From Sulfurovum sp. (lineage in GTDB: Bacteria; Campylobacterota; Campylobacteria; Campylobacterales; Sulfurovaceae): a DNA stretch of 60,001 bases. Location: the NCBI GenBank assembly GCA_003978395.1, contig QNZV01000139.1, positions 1 through 60,001 on the forward strand, in the 5' to 3' direction. The position numbers were made by a program, and so were the translations under genes. Positions 39,846 through 49,904 of this stretch are shown in pieces (the first letter of the stretch is position 1; each line of letters opens with the position of its first letter). The notes beneath the pieces were generated by a model. That model was not told the DNA's origin, did no database searches, and worked only from the letters and a program-made list of their open reading frames with translations.

Positions 39846-41744
39846 ATCTATTACTACCAAGTCACTCTCCATCGCTCTTCAGCCCCCATTCTTACCTATC
39901 ATTATGAACAACCTCTAAAAATAGGGCAACTCATTAATGTACCTGTGCATTCTAAAACGAAATTGGCTATTGTTTTAAAAGAGGTTGAGAAGCCTGAAAG
40001 TTTTGAAACGTCTACTATTTTTGAAGTTTTAGAGACCTATTATAACTCTATGCAAATTGAAATAGCAAAATTTATTGCCACCTATTATTTTTCATCTTTG
40101 GGAGAGGCATTGGCTCTGTTTATGCCACACCGAAGCCCTCGTTCCCATGCTCTGCGTGGGAATGCAGATGAGAGCTTGAATGATAATAAAATATCAAATG
40201 GAGATATTCATTCCCACGTAGAGCATGGGAACGAGTTGATATTATCAGCAGAGCAACAAAAGGTGTATGAAGAACTTCTCATAAAAGATAGAGCTTTACT
40301 CTTTGGTGTAACAGGTTCTGGAAAAACGGAGATATTTATTTCGTTAATGATAAAAACGATTGAAGCAAAAAAACAGTGTATTTTTTTGATGCCTGAAATC
40401 TCTTTGACCCCTCAAATGGAGACGCGACTTAAAAAGTATTTTGGGAATAGAGTAGTTATGTGGCACTCTAAATTAAGTAAAAAACAGAAAGAACAACGCT
40501 TAGAGATGATTTATAATGGAGAGGTTGATATTGTAGCAGGGGCTAGGTCTTCTCTTTTTACTCCTTTAGAGAATTTGGGTTTGATTATTGTAGATGAAGA
40601 GCATGATGATAGTTATAAATCAAAGATAAAGCCACGCTATCATGCTCGTGATATGGCTGTCTATATGGGGCAAAAATTAGGAGCTAAAGTTGTTTTGGCA
40701 TCGGCAACGCCAAGTCTAGGTTCTTATCATAAATATGATGTAGTGAGGCTCAAAACTCCTTTTATAAAAACAGAAAAAAATTACTTTTTTGTAGAGGGAA
40801 CAACGCTGACGAATGGCATGATAAGAAGAGTCAATAAAAATTTTGAAGCAGGGGAACAATCCCTTCTGTTTGTGCCAACACGAGGAAATTTTAAGTATTT
40901 GTATTGTCAAAAGTGTGGTGTTACTCACTTGTGTCCTTACTGTTCTGTAGGTATGGCTTTGCACCGTAATGTAAGGCATTTAAAATGTCACTATTGTAAC
41001 TATACAGAGGCTATCCGTGAAGTTTGTACCCATTGTGGGCATACTCCTTTGAGCAGTCAACGGATGGGAACAGTCGAAGCCAAAGAGATGATAGAGCATG
41101 GGATTCCTTCTTTAGTAGTAGAACAATTTGACCGAGACAGCATTACAACAGCCTCTAAACTAAAAAAAGCACTCAAACGTTTTGAAAACAGAGAGAGTCA
41201 CTTACTTTTAGGTACGCAAATGTTGAGTAAAGGGCATGATTATGCCAATATTACGCTAAGTATTATTTTGGGTATTGACTATATTTTAGGTTTAGCAGAC
41301 TATAGAGCAAGAGAGAGAGCAATGAGTCTGTTGATTCAAATTGCAGGGCGTTCGGGTAGAGCAAAAAGTGCCGATGTGATTATTCAATCATCAAATAAAG
41401 ATTTCTTTGACTTATATTTAAATGATTATGAAGCTTTTTTAAAAGATGAGATGTTTTTTGTCGAAGATATGTATCCTCCTTTTGTGAGTTTGGCTCGGAT
41501 TTTGATTTCACATATAAAAGAGTCAAAAGCGTCCAAAACCACACTTGATACAGTGACAAAACTCAAAGAGTTTACAGATGTTGAGATAGTAGGGCATGGA
41601 AAAGCCCCTGTTGAACGAATTGCAAATAAGTATCGATTTAATATTTTATTACGTTGTAATAAGCGTTCAGTTTTACTTAAAGCTTTACATTCTGTTAATA
41701 ATCCTCTGATTGAAATAGATATGGATCCTGTAGAATTTTCTTGA
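39846..41744 (+). CDS. priA: Primosomal protein N' (replication restart helicase)
   Basis: [14 protein letters not shown], Cys8 zinc region, QIAGRSGR; start placed at ATC 39846 (ORF track uses TTG 39783). Confidence 0.95.
   Translation: MYYYQVTLHRSSAPILTYHYEQPLKIGQLINVPVHSKTKLAIVLKEVEKPESFETSTIFEVLETYYNSMQIEIAKFIATYYFSSLGEALALFMPHRSPRSHALRGNADESLNDNKISNGDIHSHVEHGNELILSAEQQKVYEELLIKDRALLFGVTGSGKTEIFISLMIKTIEAKKQCIFLMPEISLTPQMETRLKKYFGNRVVMWHSKLSKKQKEQRLEMIYNGEVDIVAGARSSLFTPLENLGLIIVDEEHDDSYKSKIKPRYHARDMAVYMGQKLGAKVVLASATPSLGSYHKYDVVRLKTPFIKTEKNYFFVEGTTLTNGMIRRVNKNFEAGEQSLLFVPTRGNFKYLYCQKCGVTHLCPYCSVGMALHRNVRHLKCHYCNYTEAIREVCTHCGHTPLSSQRMGTVEAKEMIEHGIPSLVVEQFDRDSITTASKLKKALKRFENRESHLLLGTQMLSKGHDYANITLSIILGIDYILGLADYRARERAMSLLIQIAGRSGRAKSADVIIQSSNKDFFDLYLNDYEAFLKDEMFFVEDMYPPFVSLARILISHIKESKASKTTLDTVTKLKEFTDVEIVGHGKAPVERIANKYRFNILLRCNKRSVLLKALHSVNNPLIEIDMDPVEFS
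40138..40235. repeat. REP doublet/MITE-like element read in frame within priA
   Basis: 27-bp inverted arms CTCGTTCCCATGCTCTGCGTGGGAATG (40138-40164) and CATTCCCACGTAGAGCATGGGAACGAG (40209-40235), one mismatch, 44-bp spacer. Confidence 0.85.
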
Positions 41745-41825
41745 TAGTTTTAACATTTAATGTTATATTTTTAGATAAATTTTGGTATAAATATTCGAGA
41801 ACAAATAAACTATAAAGAAGAAGAT

Positions 41826-42887
41826 ATGAAAGAAAGAGTTCCAACTAAAAAAATATATGTAGGCGATGTTGCTGTTGGTGGTGATGCACCTATCTCTGTA
41901 CAGTCCATGACCTATTCTGATACCCATAATGTAGCTGAAACAGTAGACCAAATCAATAGATTACACTTTGCAGGGGCAGATATGGTTCGGGTTGCCGTAC
42001 CTAAAATGGAAGATGCTTTGGCATTAAAAGCGATAAAAGAACAAATCTCTTTACCTTTGATTGCAGATATTCATTTTAACTATAAACTTGCACTTGAAGC
42101 AGCTAAATGGGTTGACTGTATTCGTTTTAACCCAGGTAACATTGGCGAAAAAAATCGTATAAAAGAGATTGTTAAAGCGTGTCAAGAGCGTAATCTTCCT
42201 ATTCGTATAGGGGTAAATTCAGGTTCTTTAGAGAAAGAGTTTGATGATAAATATGGAGCAACAGCCGAGGGTATGGTAGCCTCTGCTGAGTATAATATTA
42301 AATTTTTAGAAGATTTAGGCTTTACGGATATTAAAGTCTCTCTGAAAGCTTCAGATGTTGACAGAACGGTTGATGCGTATAGAATGTTACGCCCTAAAAA
42401 TCACTATCCATTTCATTTGGGAGTAACCGAAGCAGGGACAGTTTTTCATGCAACGATTAAATCTTCTATTGGTTTAGGTACGTTACTTCTTGATGGAATT
42501 GGCGATACAATGCGTATCTCTATTACAGGAGAGTTAGAAGAAGAGATTCGAGTAGGGAAAGCGATATTAAAAGACTCTGGGCGTATAAAAGAGGGGTTAA
42601 ATATTATCTCTTGTCCAACATGTGGGCGAATTGAAGCTGATTTGGTAAAAGCAGTGGCAGAGGTAGAGAGACGAACAGCACACATAAAAACACCAATGGA
42701 TGTGAGTGTAATGGGTTGTGTGGTTAATGCCATTGGCGAGGCAAAACATGCCGATGTTGCTATTGCTTTTGGAAAAGGTTCTGGACTTGTAATGTTGAAA
42801 GGTAATGTAGTCGCAAAGCTTCCTGAAAATGAATTGGTAGATAGATTTGTATCAGAAGTTGAAGCATTTGCTGAAAAAAATAAATAA
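41826..42887 (+). CDS. ispG: 4-hydroxy-3-methylbut-2-en-1-yl diphosphate synthase
   Basis: [40 protein letters not shown]. Confidence 0.97.
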   Translation: MKERVPTKKIYVGDVAVGGDAPISVQSMTYSDTHNVAETVDQINRLHFAGADMVRVAVPKMEDALALKAIKEQISLPLIADIHFNYKLALEAAKWVDCIRFNPGNIGEKNRIKEIVKACQERNLPIRIGVNSGSLEKEFDDKYGATAEGMVASAEYNIKFLEDLGFTDIKVSLKASDVDRTVDAYRMLRPKNHYPFHLGVTEAGTVFHATIKSSIGLGTLLLDGIGDTMRISITGELEEEIRVGKAILKDSGRIKEGLNIISCPTCGRIEADLVKAVAEVERRTAHIKTPMDVSVMGCVVNAIGEAKHADVAIAFGKGSGLVMLKGNVVAKLPENELVDRFVSEVEAFAEKNK

Positions 42888-42901
42888 AAAAAGGCTAGAG
42901 T

Positions 42902-45646
42902 ATGAGCGAAAATATGTTTAACCTAAATATTGAAAGAGCCGTACTTTCAGCTATTATGTTTGACCCACAAATTTTTGAAGAGATTGCATCTAAATTAGAA
43001 CCTCATGATTTCTATTTGCCTTTTCATCAACATGTTTTTGTGGCAATGGAAGATTTGAGTCGTGAAGATAAACCAATAGATGAAGAGTTTTTAAAGACGA
43101 AGTTAAATGCTACAAAGAATTATGATGAGGTAGCTCTTCTTGATATTATGACAGCAAATGCAATTTCTAATACCCATGCCTATATTGAAGAGATTAAATC
43201 CCGTTCGACCAAACGGGCATTAGCAACCTTGGCAACTACTATTAAAAAAGTAACGATTGAAGATGATTTACCAACCGATGAAATTATGAATTTGGTTGAA
43301 AAAAAGCTTTATGAGATTACACAAAACTCTACAAGTGAAGACTTCAGAGAGTCCAAAGAGATAACCTTATCAATGATTGAGGAGATAAATAGACTAAAAG
43401 CTTTAGGTAATGCAAAACTCTTAGGAATTGATACAGGATTTAGAAATCTCAATGATAAAACACAAGGATTTGGAAAAGGAGATTTAGTCATTATCGCTGC
43501 GCGGCCAGCGATGGGAAAAACTTCTCTAGTTTTAAACATGACCCAAAGAGCCATAGAGCGTGGCGAAGGAGTTGCATTTTTTTCATTGGAAATGCCAGCA
43601 GAACAGTTGATGCTTCGTCTGCTTTCAACAGAGACTTCTATCCCTTTACAAAAGCTTCGTGTGGGGGATTTGACAGATGAGCAGTGGAGTAGGTTGTCTA
43701 AGTCAGCTGATACTATGGCTACACGGAAACTTTTTGTAGATGATGGTGGTTACGCTACTATTCATCATGTTCGCTCGAAGTTACGTAAATTAAAGGGGCA
43801 ACACCCTGAAATTACTATGGCAATTATTGACTACTTACAGTTAATGAGTGGAGACAACAAAGAGGGACGACAGCAGGTTATCTCTGAAATATCTAGGGGT
43901 TTAAAACAGTTAGCTAGGGAATTACAGATTCCTATTCTTGCACTATCACAGTTAAACCGTGGGGTTGAGAGTAGGGATAATAAGAGACCAATGCTTTCGG
44001 ATTTACGTGAATCTGGTTGTCTTTCAGGAGATTCAATTATAGTTGATTCTAAAAATGGAAAACGTTATAGAATAGATGAACTTGTAGAGAATAAAAATCT
44101 ACTTCCTATGAAGACAAAATCTATGGATAAGGATTTGAAAGTAAATAGTTTTACTATTACTAATGCTTTCTTTTCAGGCGAGAAGCTAACGTATACATTG
44201 ACTACAAAATCAGGTAAAACTATTAATGCAACTGCTAATCATAAATTTTATAGAGTTGATGGATGGATTAGATTAGATAATCTTAAAATTGGAGATAAGA
44301 TTGCAACGCCTGATAGAGTTCATTTAAATGTTGAAAAAGATACTCTTTGTGATAATGAGCTTATTTTATTGGCACATCTTTTAGGGGATGGCTCTATTTT
44401 AAAAGGGCAACCTTATCACTATACCAATGAAGATATGCAAAATATTAATGTTGTAAAAAAAGTAGCTAAAGAACTTTTCAATATAGATGCTAGAGTTGTT
44501 CAACAAAAAACTTGGTGGCATGTTTATTTGCCTTCTCCTTATCATTTAACTCATAATAAGAAACACCCTATTACTTTGTGGTATGAACGTTTAAATATAG
44601 AGAGAGTTCGCTCTTATGATAAAAGAGTACCAGATGTTGTTTTTGAGTCTAGTAATAGAGCCATTAAACTATTTTTGAAACATCTTTGGGCTACTGATGG
44701 TTCAATTACAATACAAAAACAAAAAAATAGAAATAAGATAACTGTCTATTATGCAACAACAAGTTATATTTTAGGAAAACAAGTTCAATCACTTCTTTTA
44801 AGGTTGGGGATAATTTCAACAATTAGAGAGGTTAAACAGATAAAAGAAGATAAAGAGTACCGTTCTAGTTATCATATCTCTATTCAAGGTAAAGAAAATT
44901 TAGAAAATTTCTTGAATAATGTTGGAAGTTTTGGAAAAAGAGGAGAAAATAGTGAAGTCTATTTAAGAAATTTGGCTGAAATTAAAACCAATCCTAATAA
45001 TGGATGTGTGGACAAGATGGTTTGGCAAACTCATATTAAAGAAGCGAAAGATAAACAAAACTTTTCATGGAGAGTGGTGTGTGAAAAACTGAAGATGTCT
45101 TATTGTGGAAGTACACTATTTAAAAGTGGTATATCAAAAGAGAGAATGCAAAAGTTAGCAGAGTTTTTAGAGAATAAAAAAATTACCAATCTTGCTTATT
45201 CAGATATATATTGGGATGAAATCATCTCTATCAAAGAGAATAAAAAAGAAAAAACGTATGATTTAACTGTTGATTCAGTGCATAATTTTGTAGCCAATGA
45301 TATTATAGTTCATAACTCCATCGAACAAGATGCAGATATAGTAATGTTTGTCTATCGTGATGATGTTTACCGTGAGGCTGCTGAAAAAGAGAAAGAGATG
45401 AAAGCCAAGGCTGATGGGAAAGATTATGAAAATAAATTTCAAAATAAACTTGAAGAAGATACTGAGCTTATTTTGGGTAAACATAGAAATGGACCTACAG
45501 GAACGGTTAAGTTGATATTTCAAAAGCAGTTTACACGCTTTGTTGATGCTCCTGGGGAGAATGATTATCCAATTGTTCATGAATCAGAATATAATGAAAA
45601 TATAGATAATCGTGACATGGGAAATATTAATTTACCGATAATTTAA
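42902..45646 (+). CDS. dnaB: Replicative DNA helicase, intein-containing
   Basis: AARPAMGKT, FSLEM, IDYLQL, LSQLNR, SDLRESG|intein|SIEQDAD, KHRNGP; about 481 aa after splicing. Confidence 0.97.
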   Translation: MSENMFNLNIERAVLSAIMFDPQIFEEIASKLEPHDFYLPFHQHVFVAMEDLSREDKPIDEEFLKTKLNATKNYDEVALLDIMTANAISNTHAYIEEIKSRSTKRALATLATTIKKVTIEDDLPTDEIMNLVEKKLYEITQNSTSEDFRESKEITLSMIEEINRLKALGNAKLLGIDTGFRNLNDKTQGFGKGDLVIIAARPAMGKTSLVLNMTQRAIERGEGVAFFSLEMPAEQLMLRLLSTETSIPLQKLRVGDLTDEQWSRLSKSADTMATRKLFVDDGGYATIHHVRSKLRKLKGQHPEITMAIIDYLQLMSGDNKEGRQQVISEISRGLKQLARELQIPILALSQLNRGVESRDNKRPMLSDLRESGCLSGDSIIVDSKNGKRYRIDELVENKNLLPMKTKSMDKDLKVNSFTITNAFFSGEKLTYTLTTKSGKTINATANHKFYRVDGWIRLDNLKIGDKIATPDRVHLNVEKDTLCDNELILLAHLLGDGSILKGQPYHYTNEDMQNINVVKKVAKELFNIDARVVQQKTWWHVYLPSPYHLTHNKKHPITLWYERLNIERVRSYDKRVPDVVFESSNRAIKLFLKHLWATDGSITIQKQKNRNKITVYYATTSYILGKQVQSLLLRLGIISTIREVKQIKEDKEYRSSYHISIQGKENLENFLNNVGSFGKRGENSEVYLRNLAEIKTNPNNGCVDKMVWQTHIKEAKDKQNFSWRVVCEKLKMSYCGSTLFKSGISKERMQKLAEFLENKKITNLAYSDIYWDEIISIKENKKEKTYDLTVDSVHNFVANDIIVHNSIEQDADIVMFVYRDDVYREAAEKEKEMKAKADGKDYENKFQNKLEEDTELILGKHRNGPTGTVKLIFQKQFTRFVDAPGENDYPIVHESEYNENIDNRDMGNINLPII
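44018..45316 (+). mobile_element. Intein with LAGLIDADG homing endonuclease (433 aa)
   Basis: Starts CLSGDS; block B ATANH; LLAHLLGDGS and FLKHLWATDGS; ends YDLTV...HNFVANDIIVHN before Ser+1. Confidence 0.96.
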
Positions 45647-45655
45647 GAGATTCTA

Positions 45656-46927
45656 ATGCTTGAAAAGCCAAAACTATTTTTAAATCTAAAGCAGTTTTGG
45701 TTCTCTATGGTGTTTCTATTTTTTCTTTTAACTCTTCGGCTCTCTTTTTTGTATATTGAGTATCAAAATTTTATAGAAAAACCTTTTTATTTTACTGAAG
45801 TAGAGGTTCTTCAAGCCTATAAAAAAACAAAAGATAAAAAATCTTATACGGTATTAAAACTCTATAGTTCTGATTTAAATTTAAACTTCTTTACAACAAC
45901 TTTTTTAAACTCAAAAAAAATAGATAAAAAATTACGAATGAAACTTTTTCCCAGTAGAAGAATGAAGTTTAAAGAGTATTTAGGAACATCATTTATTGAC
46001 TCTAAAGTCAATGAGATTTTTTCAGAAGAGAAAAGTTATAAAACAGAATTTTTAAACTTTATAGCATGTCAGCATGAAAATAAGATGATTGCTGATTTTT
46101 ATAATGCCATTTTTTTTGCCAATCCGTTAGAGAAAAAATTACGAAACCAAGTCTCTAAACTGGGAATTAGTCATCTTATTGCTCTTAGTGGATACCATTT
46201 AGCGATACTTTCAGGTTTACTCTTTTTTCTTCTTCGTCCTCTCTATAGATTTTTTCAGAAACGTTATTTCCCCTATAGATTTGGTTTGATTGATGTGGGC
46301 TTTTTTGTTTTACTTATTTTAGCATGGTATGTTTGGTTTGTAGATTCTCCTGCCTCTTTGATACGCTCGTATATGATGATATTGACAACGTGGATTTTAC
46401 TACTTTTAGGAATAGAACTTTTAACACTCTCTTTTTTGACAACGATTACACTGGTACTTTTAATTATTTTCCCTCATCTTCTTTTTTCTTTGGCATTTTG
46501 GTTCTCTATTGTAGGGGTTTTTTATATCTTTTTACTGCTTCACTATTTCTCTTCTCTTCCTAAAATTATTATGACACTAATTATCTCTTTTGGACTCTTT
46601 ATTTTAATGTTGCCTATTGTGCATATGGTTTTTCCTCTTACTACCCCATTACAACTGCTCTCCCCTTTTTTATCATTATTTTTTAGTCTATTTTATCCAT
46701 TGAGTATACTTTTCCACTTGCTAGGAATAGGAGGAGTATTTGATACTCTTCTGCTTCAACTTTTTATGATGAATAGTAGTTCAAGCAGTCTACTTCTGCC
46801 CCATTTCTTTACAGGCTTTTATCTTTTACTCTCTGTGGGTGCATTTTATTTCAGAACGCTTTTTTATCTACTTTTAGTCTGTTCCTTAACCTTTTTTATC
46901 TATTTATTTATAGGCTTTTGGCTATGA
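45656..46927 (+). CDS. comEC: ComEC/Rec2 family competence membrane protein
   Basis: GISHLIALSGYHL, SLIRS motifs; multiple TM helices. Confidence 0.88.
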   Translation: MLEKPKLFLNLKQFWFSMVFLFFLLTLRLSFLYIEYQNFIEKPFYFTEVEVLQAYKKTKDKKSYTVLKLYSSDLNLNFFTTTFLNSKKIDKKLRMKLFPSRRMKFKEYLGTSFIDSKVNEIFSEEKSYKTEFLNFIACQHENKMIADFYNAIFFANPLEKKLRNQVSKLGISHLIALSGYHLAILSGLLFFLLRPLYRFFQKRYFPYRFGLIDVGFFVLLILAWYVWFVDSPASLIRSYMMILTTWILLLLGIELLTLSFLTTITLVLLIIFPHLLFSLAFWFSIVGVFYIFLLLHYFSSLPKIIMTLIISFGLFILMLPIVHMVFPLTTPLQLLSPFLSLFFSLFYPLSILFHLLGIGGVFDTLLLQLFMMNSSSSSLLLPHFFTGFYLLLSVGAFYFRTLFYLLLVCSLTFFIYLFIGFWL

Positions 46928-46953
46928 TTGAGTTAAAATAAAAAGGATTTGTT

Positions 46954-47613
46954 ATCGAAAAATTTAAAGAGTTTCCGATTACCTATACATTGATTATTTT
47001 AAATAGTTTGATGTTTTTATCGACAACTATTTCAAATGAAGTAACAGAGAGCATCTATAATACAGCTGCTTTAAATGGTTATTATGTTGTTTTACAAGGA
47101 GAACTTTATAGGCTCTTCTCTTCAATGTTTCTACATAGTGATATTACACATATTATGATGAATATGCTCTCTCTATTTATGGTAGGCAGAATGGTTGAAC
47201 GACTGTTTAGGGCAGGGGCATATATAGGTATCTATTTTATGTCAGGTTTAGTGGGAGCATTTGTTTCTATCTATATGCATCCTATTGGTTGGGCTGTGGG
47301 AGCTAGTGGGGCAATTTTTGGAATATTTGGAGCATTAGCAGGGTTTGCTTTTGTACATCGTCAACGTATGCAAGCAGAGTTTATGAGCTTTATGCGTAGT
47401 TTTGGGCTTATTTTGGTAATCAACTTTGTTATAGGAGTTGCTGTTCCCTCTATAGATATGTCAGCACATATTGGTGGCTTATTTGCAGGTCTTGTCGGTG
47501 GATTTCTTATTGCTAAAAATGCTAATAATTTATGGGCTTATCTTGTAGTTTCGATTTTAATTTTAGTGGGAGTTTATAGTTATCTACCTTCACTTTATGT
47601 ATCATTGAGTTAA
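46954..47613 (+). CDS. Rhomboid intramembrane serine protease
   Basis: YRLFSSMFLH...H..MNM, VGASGAIFG, AHIGG; start placed at ATC 46954 (ORF track uses TTG 46990). Confidence 0.92.
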   Translation: MEKFKEFPITYTLIILNSLMFLSTTISNEVTESIYNTAALNGYYVVLQGELYRLFSSMFLHSDITHIMMNMLSLFMVGRMVERLFRAGAYIGIYFMSGLVGAFVSIYMHPIGWAVGASGAIFGIFGALAGFAFVHRQRMQAEFMSFMRSFGLILVINFVIGVAVPSIDMSAHIGGLFAGLVGGFLIAKNANNLWAYLVVSILILVGVYSYLPSLYVSLS

Positions 47614-47623
47614 AGTAAAAGAT

Positions 47624-47647
47624 TTACCACCTTTTATAAGGTGGTAA
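47624..47647. terminator. Bidirectional terminator
   Basis: TTACCACCTT-ttat-AAGGTGGTAA between convergent genes. Confidence 0.65.
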
Positions 47648-47656
47648 GTTGAAATT

Positions 47657-47917
47657 TTAGTGGTTTATATCTGCTTCACAAGGAATAGACTCAATAATTG
47701 GTGCATTTGGGTCATCTGGACAAATCTCTGCAACCTCTACACAGTTTGGACATTTTTGAATATTTGGTTTGTAACAACCTCTCTGTTTTTGAACTACATG
47801 TTGTTTTTGATAAACATGAACCATAGGTTTATAATCTTGAACAGGTAAAATATCCCCTCCTGCAAACAGTACAGTTGCTCCTGCAACCATTAAGCTTAGT
47901 AATAATTTCATATACAT
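47657..47917 (-). CDS. Small secreted Cys-rich hypothetical protein
   Basis: AAGGA RBS; signal peptide ending LFA; five Cys including CPNC. Confidence 0.65.
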   Translation of the reverse strand: MYMKLLLSLMVAGATVLFAGGDILPVQDYKPMVHVYQKQHVVQKQRGCYKPNIQKCPNCVEVAEICPDDPNAPIIESIPCEADINH

Positions 47918-48073
47918 CCTTTTTTTTAATATCTATTACTTTATCACTTTTTTGCTTAAATACTATATTTATTATACTTATAAATAGTTTTTTTTTATGT
48001 AAAGATATGAAAAGTGATTTAAAATGTTATTAATTAAAGGCTATAATAGCAATATAATTATATAGGGGGATAG

Positions 48074-48718
48074 ATGAATTTATGTGAAATTTGTTTAAAT
48101 CAAACACGGATTTTATGGGATAAAAAGAAAGATATTACTTACCATCGTTGCATTTCATGTGGATTTGTTTCTTTAGATGATTTGGCTATTGTTGATAGAG
48201 TACGTGAAAAAAAACATTATGAAAAACATAATAATAGTTTTGAGTGTTATGGTTATGTAGAGATGTTTGAAAATTTTATCTCTAATGCTTTATCTCCTCT
48301 CTCTTTAGATGGAAAAAAAGTATTAGATTTTGGATGTGGACATACACCTGTTTTGGCTGAACTTTTAAGAAGAAAAGGTTTAAATGTTGACCATTACGAC
48401 TTCTATTTCTTTCCTGAGAATGTTTATGAAACTAAAAAATATGATTTAATTGTTTCAACAGAGGTATTTGAACATTTAAAAGAACCCAAAAAAGTTCTGA
48501 AAACATTAGTTAACTCTTTAAATGATAAAGGATATATCGTTTTAATGACACAATTCCCACCCTTGAATGATAAAGAGTTTTTAAATTGGTGGTACAGAAG
48601 AGACATCACTCACATCTCTTTTTTTACACCTCAAAGTTTTGAAATTATGGCAAAAGAGATGGAATTGAATATTTTAAAAGTAATTGATAATAATATTGTG
48701 GTGTTTCAAAAATGTTAG
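48074..48718 (+). CDS. Class I SAM-dependent methyltransferase with N-terminal zinc ribbon
   Basis: CxxC...CxxC; LDFGCG; TEVFEH; WWYRRD.THISF. Confidence 0.88.
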   Translation: MNLCEICLNQTRILWDKKKDITYHRCISCGFVSLDDLAIVDRVREKKHYEKHNNSFECYGYVEMFENFISNALSPLSLDGKKVLDFGCGHTPVLAELLRRKGLNVDHYDFYFFPENVYETKKYDLIVSTEVFEHLKEPKKVLKTLVNSLNDKGYIVLMTQFPPLNDKEFLNWWYRRDITHISFFTPQSFEIMAKEMELNILKVIDNNIVVFQKC

Positions 48719-49434
48719 AGATTTTATATCAAGATGAACATTTAGTTATTATCAATAAACCTTCAGGATTATTAGTTCATAAATCGCCTATAGATAAACA
48801 TGAGACAGAGTTTGCACTGCAATTGGTACGAGACCAAATAGGTCAATATGTTTATCCTGTACATCGTTTGGACAAGCCAACTTCAGGGGTACTGATGTTT
48901 GCATTAAGTTCAGAGGTTGCAAAACGCTTAAGTGAAGATTTTCGAGAGAATAGAATTAAAAAAGAGTATATGGCAGTGGTTCGTGGATATACAGAGTACG
49001 ATGGATTAATTGATTATGATTTAAAAGTTATTTTAGATAAAAAATCAGACAAAGATAGAAGAGATAATAAAGAGCCACAATCAGCTCAAACCTATTATGA
49101 ACAGTTGAAAACAATGGAGTTGCCTTATGCTGTAAGTCGTTATCCTATGGCACGATATTCATTGGTTAAACTCTTTCCAAAAACAGGAAGAAAGCATCAA
49201 CTAAGACGGCATATGAAGCATATTTTACATCCTATAGTAGGAGATACCAAGTATGGACGAACGGAGCATAATAATTTATTTCGTGAAAAATTTGATTGTC
49301 ATCGTCTCTTATTACATGCGAGTCAAATATCTTTTACTCATCCTATTAGCAAAAAATATCTGCTTATAGATGCACGGTTTGATGAGGTCTTTCGTAGGGT
49401 TGTAAAATTGTTTTTCATGGAAGAACCATCTTAA
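48712..49434 (+). CDS. truC: tRNA pseudouridine synthase C (RluA family)
   Basis: NKPSGLLVH, VRDQIGQ.V.PVHRLDKPTSG, TGRKHQLRRHM. Confidence 0.85.
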   Translation: MLEILYQDEHLVIINKPSGLLVHKSPIDKHETEFALQLVRDQIGQYVYPVHRLDKPTSGVLMFALSSEVAKRLSEDFRENRIKKEYMAVVRGYTEYDGLIDYDLKVILDKKSDKDRRDNKEPQSAQTYYEQLKTMELPYAVSRYPMARYSLVKLFPKTGRKHQLRRHMKHILHPIVGDTKYGRTEHNNLFREKFDCHRLLLHASQISFTHPISKKYLLIDARFDEVFRRVVKLFFMEEPS

Positions 49435-49445
49435 TCCTATTTGCT

Positions 49446-49904
49446 TTATCTATAATTTTTCATAGCCTGTTGAGCTTCTCTTAATTGTGTTCTTCTTTTT
49501 AAAGTCTCACGTTTGTCATGCAAATTTTTACCTTTTGCAATGGCAATGCTTACTTTTACAAAGTTTCGTTCATTGAAATAGAGCATAAGTGGAACAATAG
49601 TATTTCCATCTTTGGATACTTTTTCAAATAGTTTATTTAGCTCTTTTTTGTGAAGAAGTAATTTTCTAGGGCTTCGTGTCTCTCTTGAATAGTTTCTATT
49701 GGTGGTTTCCAAGTGTGCTATATGAGCATTCATGAGATGCAGTTCGCCTTTGATAAAACGACAGAAGGCATCGCTTAAATTGGCTCTTTTTGCCCGTAAT
49801 GCTTTGACCTCACTTCCTTGCAATACAATGCCTGCTTCAAATTTTTCGAGTATTTCATAGTCGTGATACGCTTTTTTATTTTTTGCTATTAAATTTATTG
49901 CCAT
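49446..49904 (-). CDS. smpB: SsrA-binding protein
   Basis: [33 protein letters not shown]. Confidence 0.97.
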   Translation of the reverse strand: MAINLIAKNKKAYHDYEILEKFEAGIVLQGSEVKALRAKRANLSDAFCRFIKGELHLMNAHIAHLETTNRNYSRETRSPRKLLLHKKELNKLFEKVSKDGNTIVPLMLYFNERNFVKVSIAIAKGKNLHDKRETLKRRTQLREAQQAMKNYR

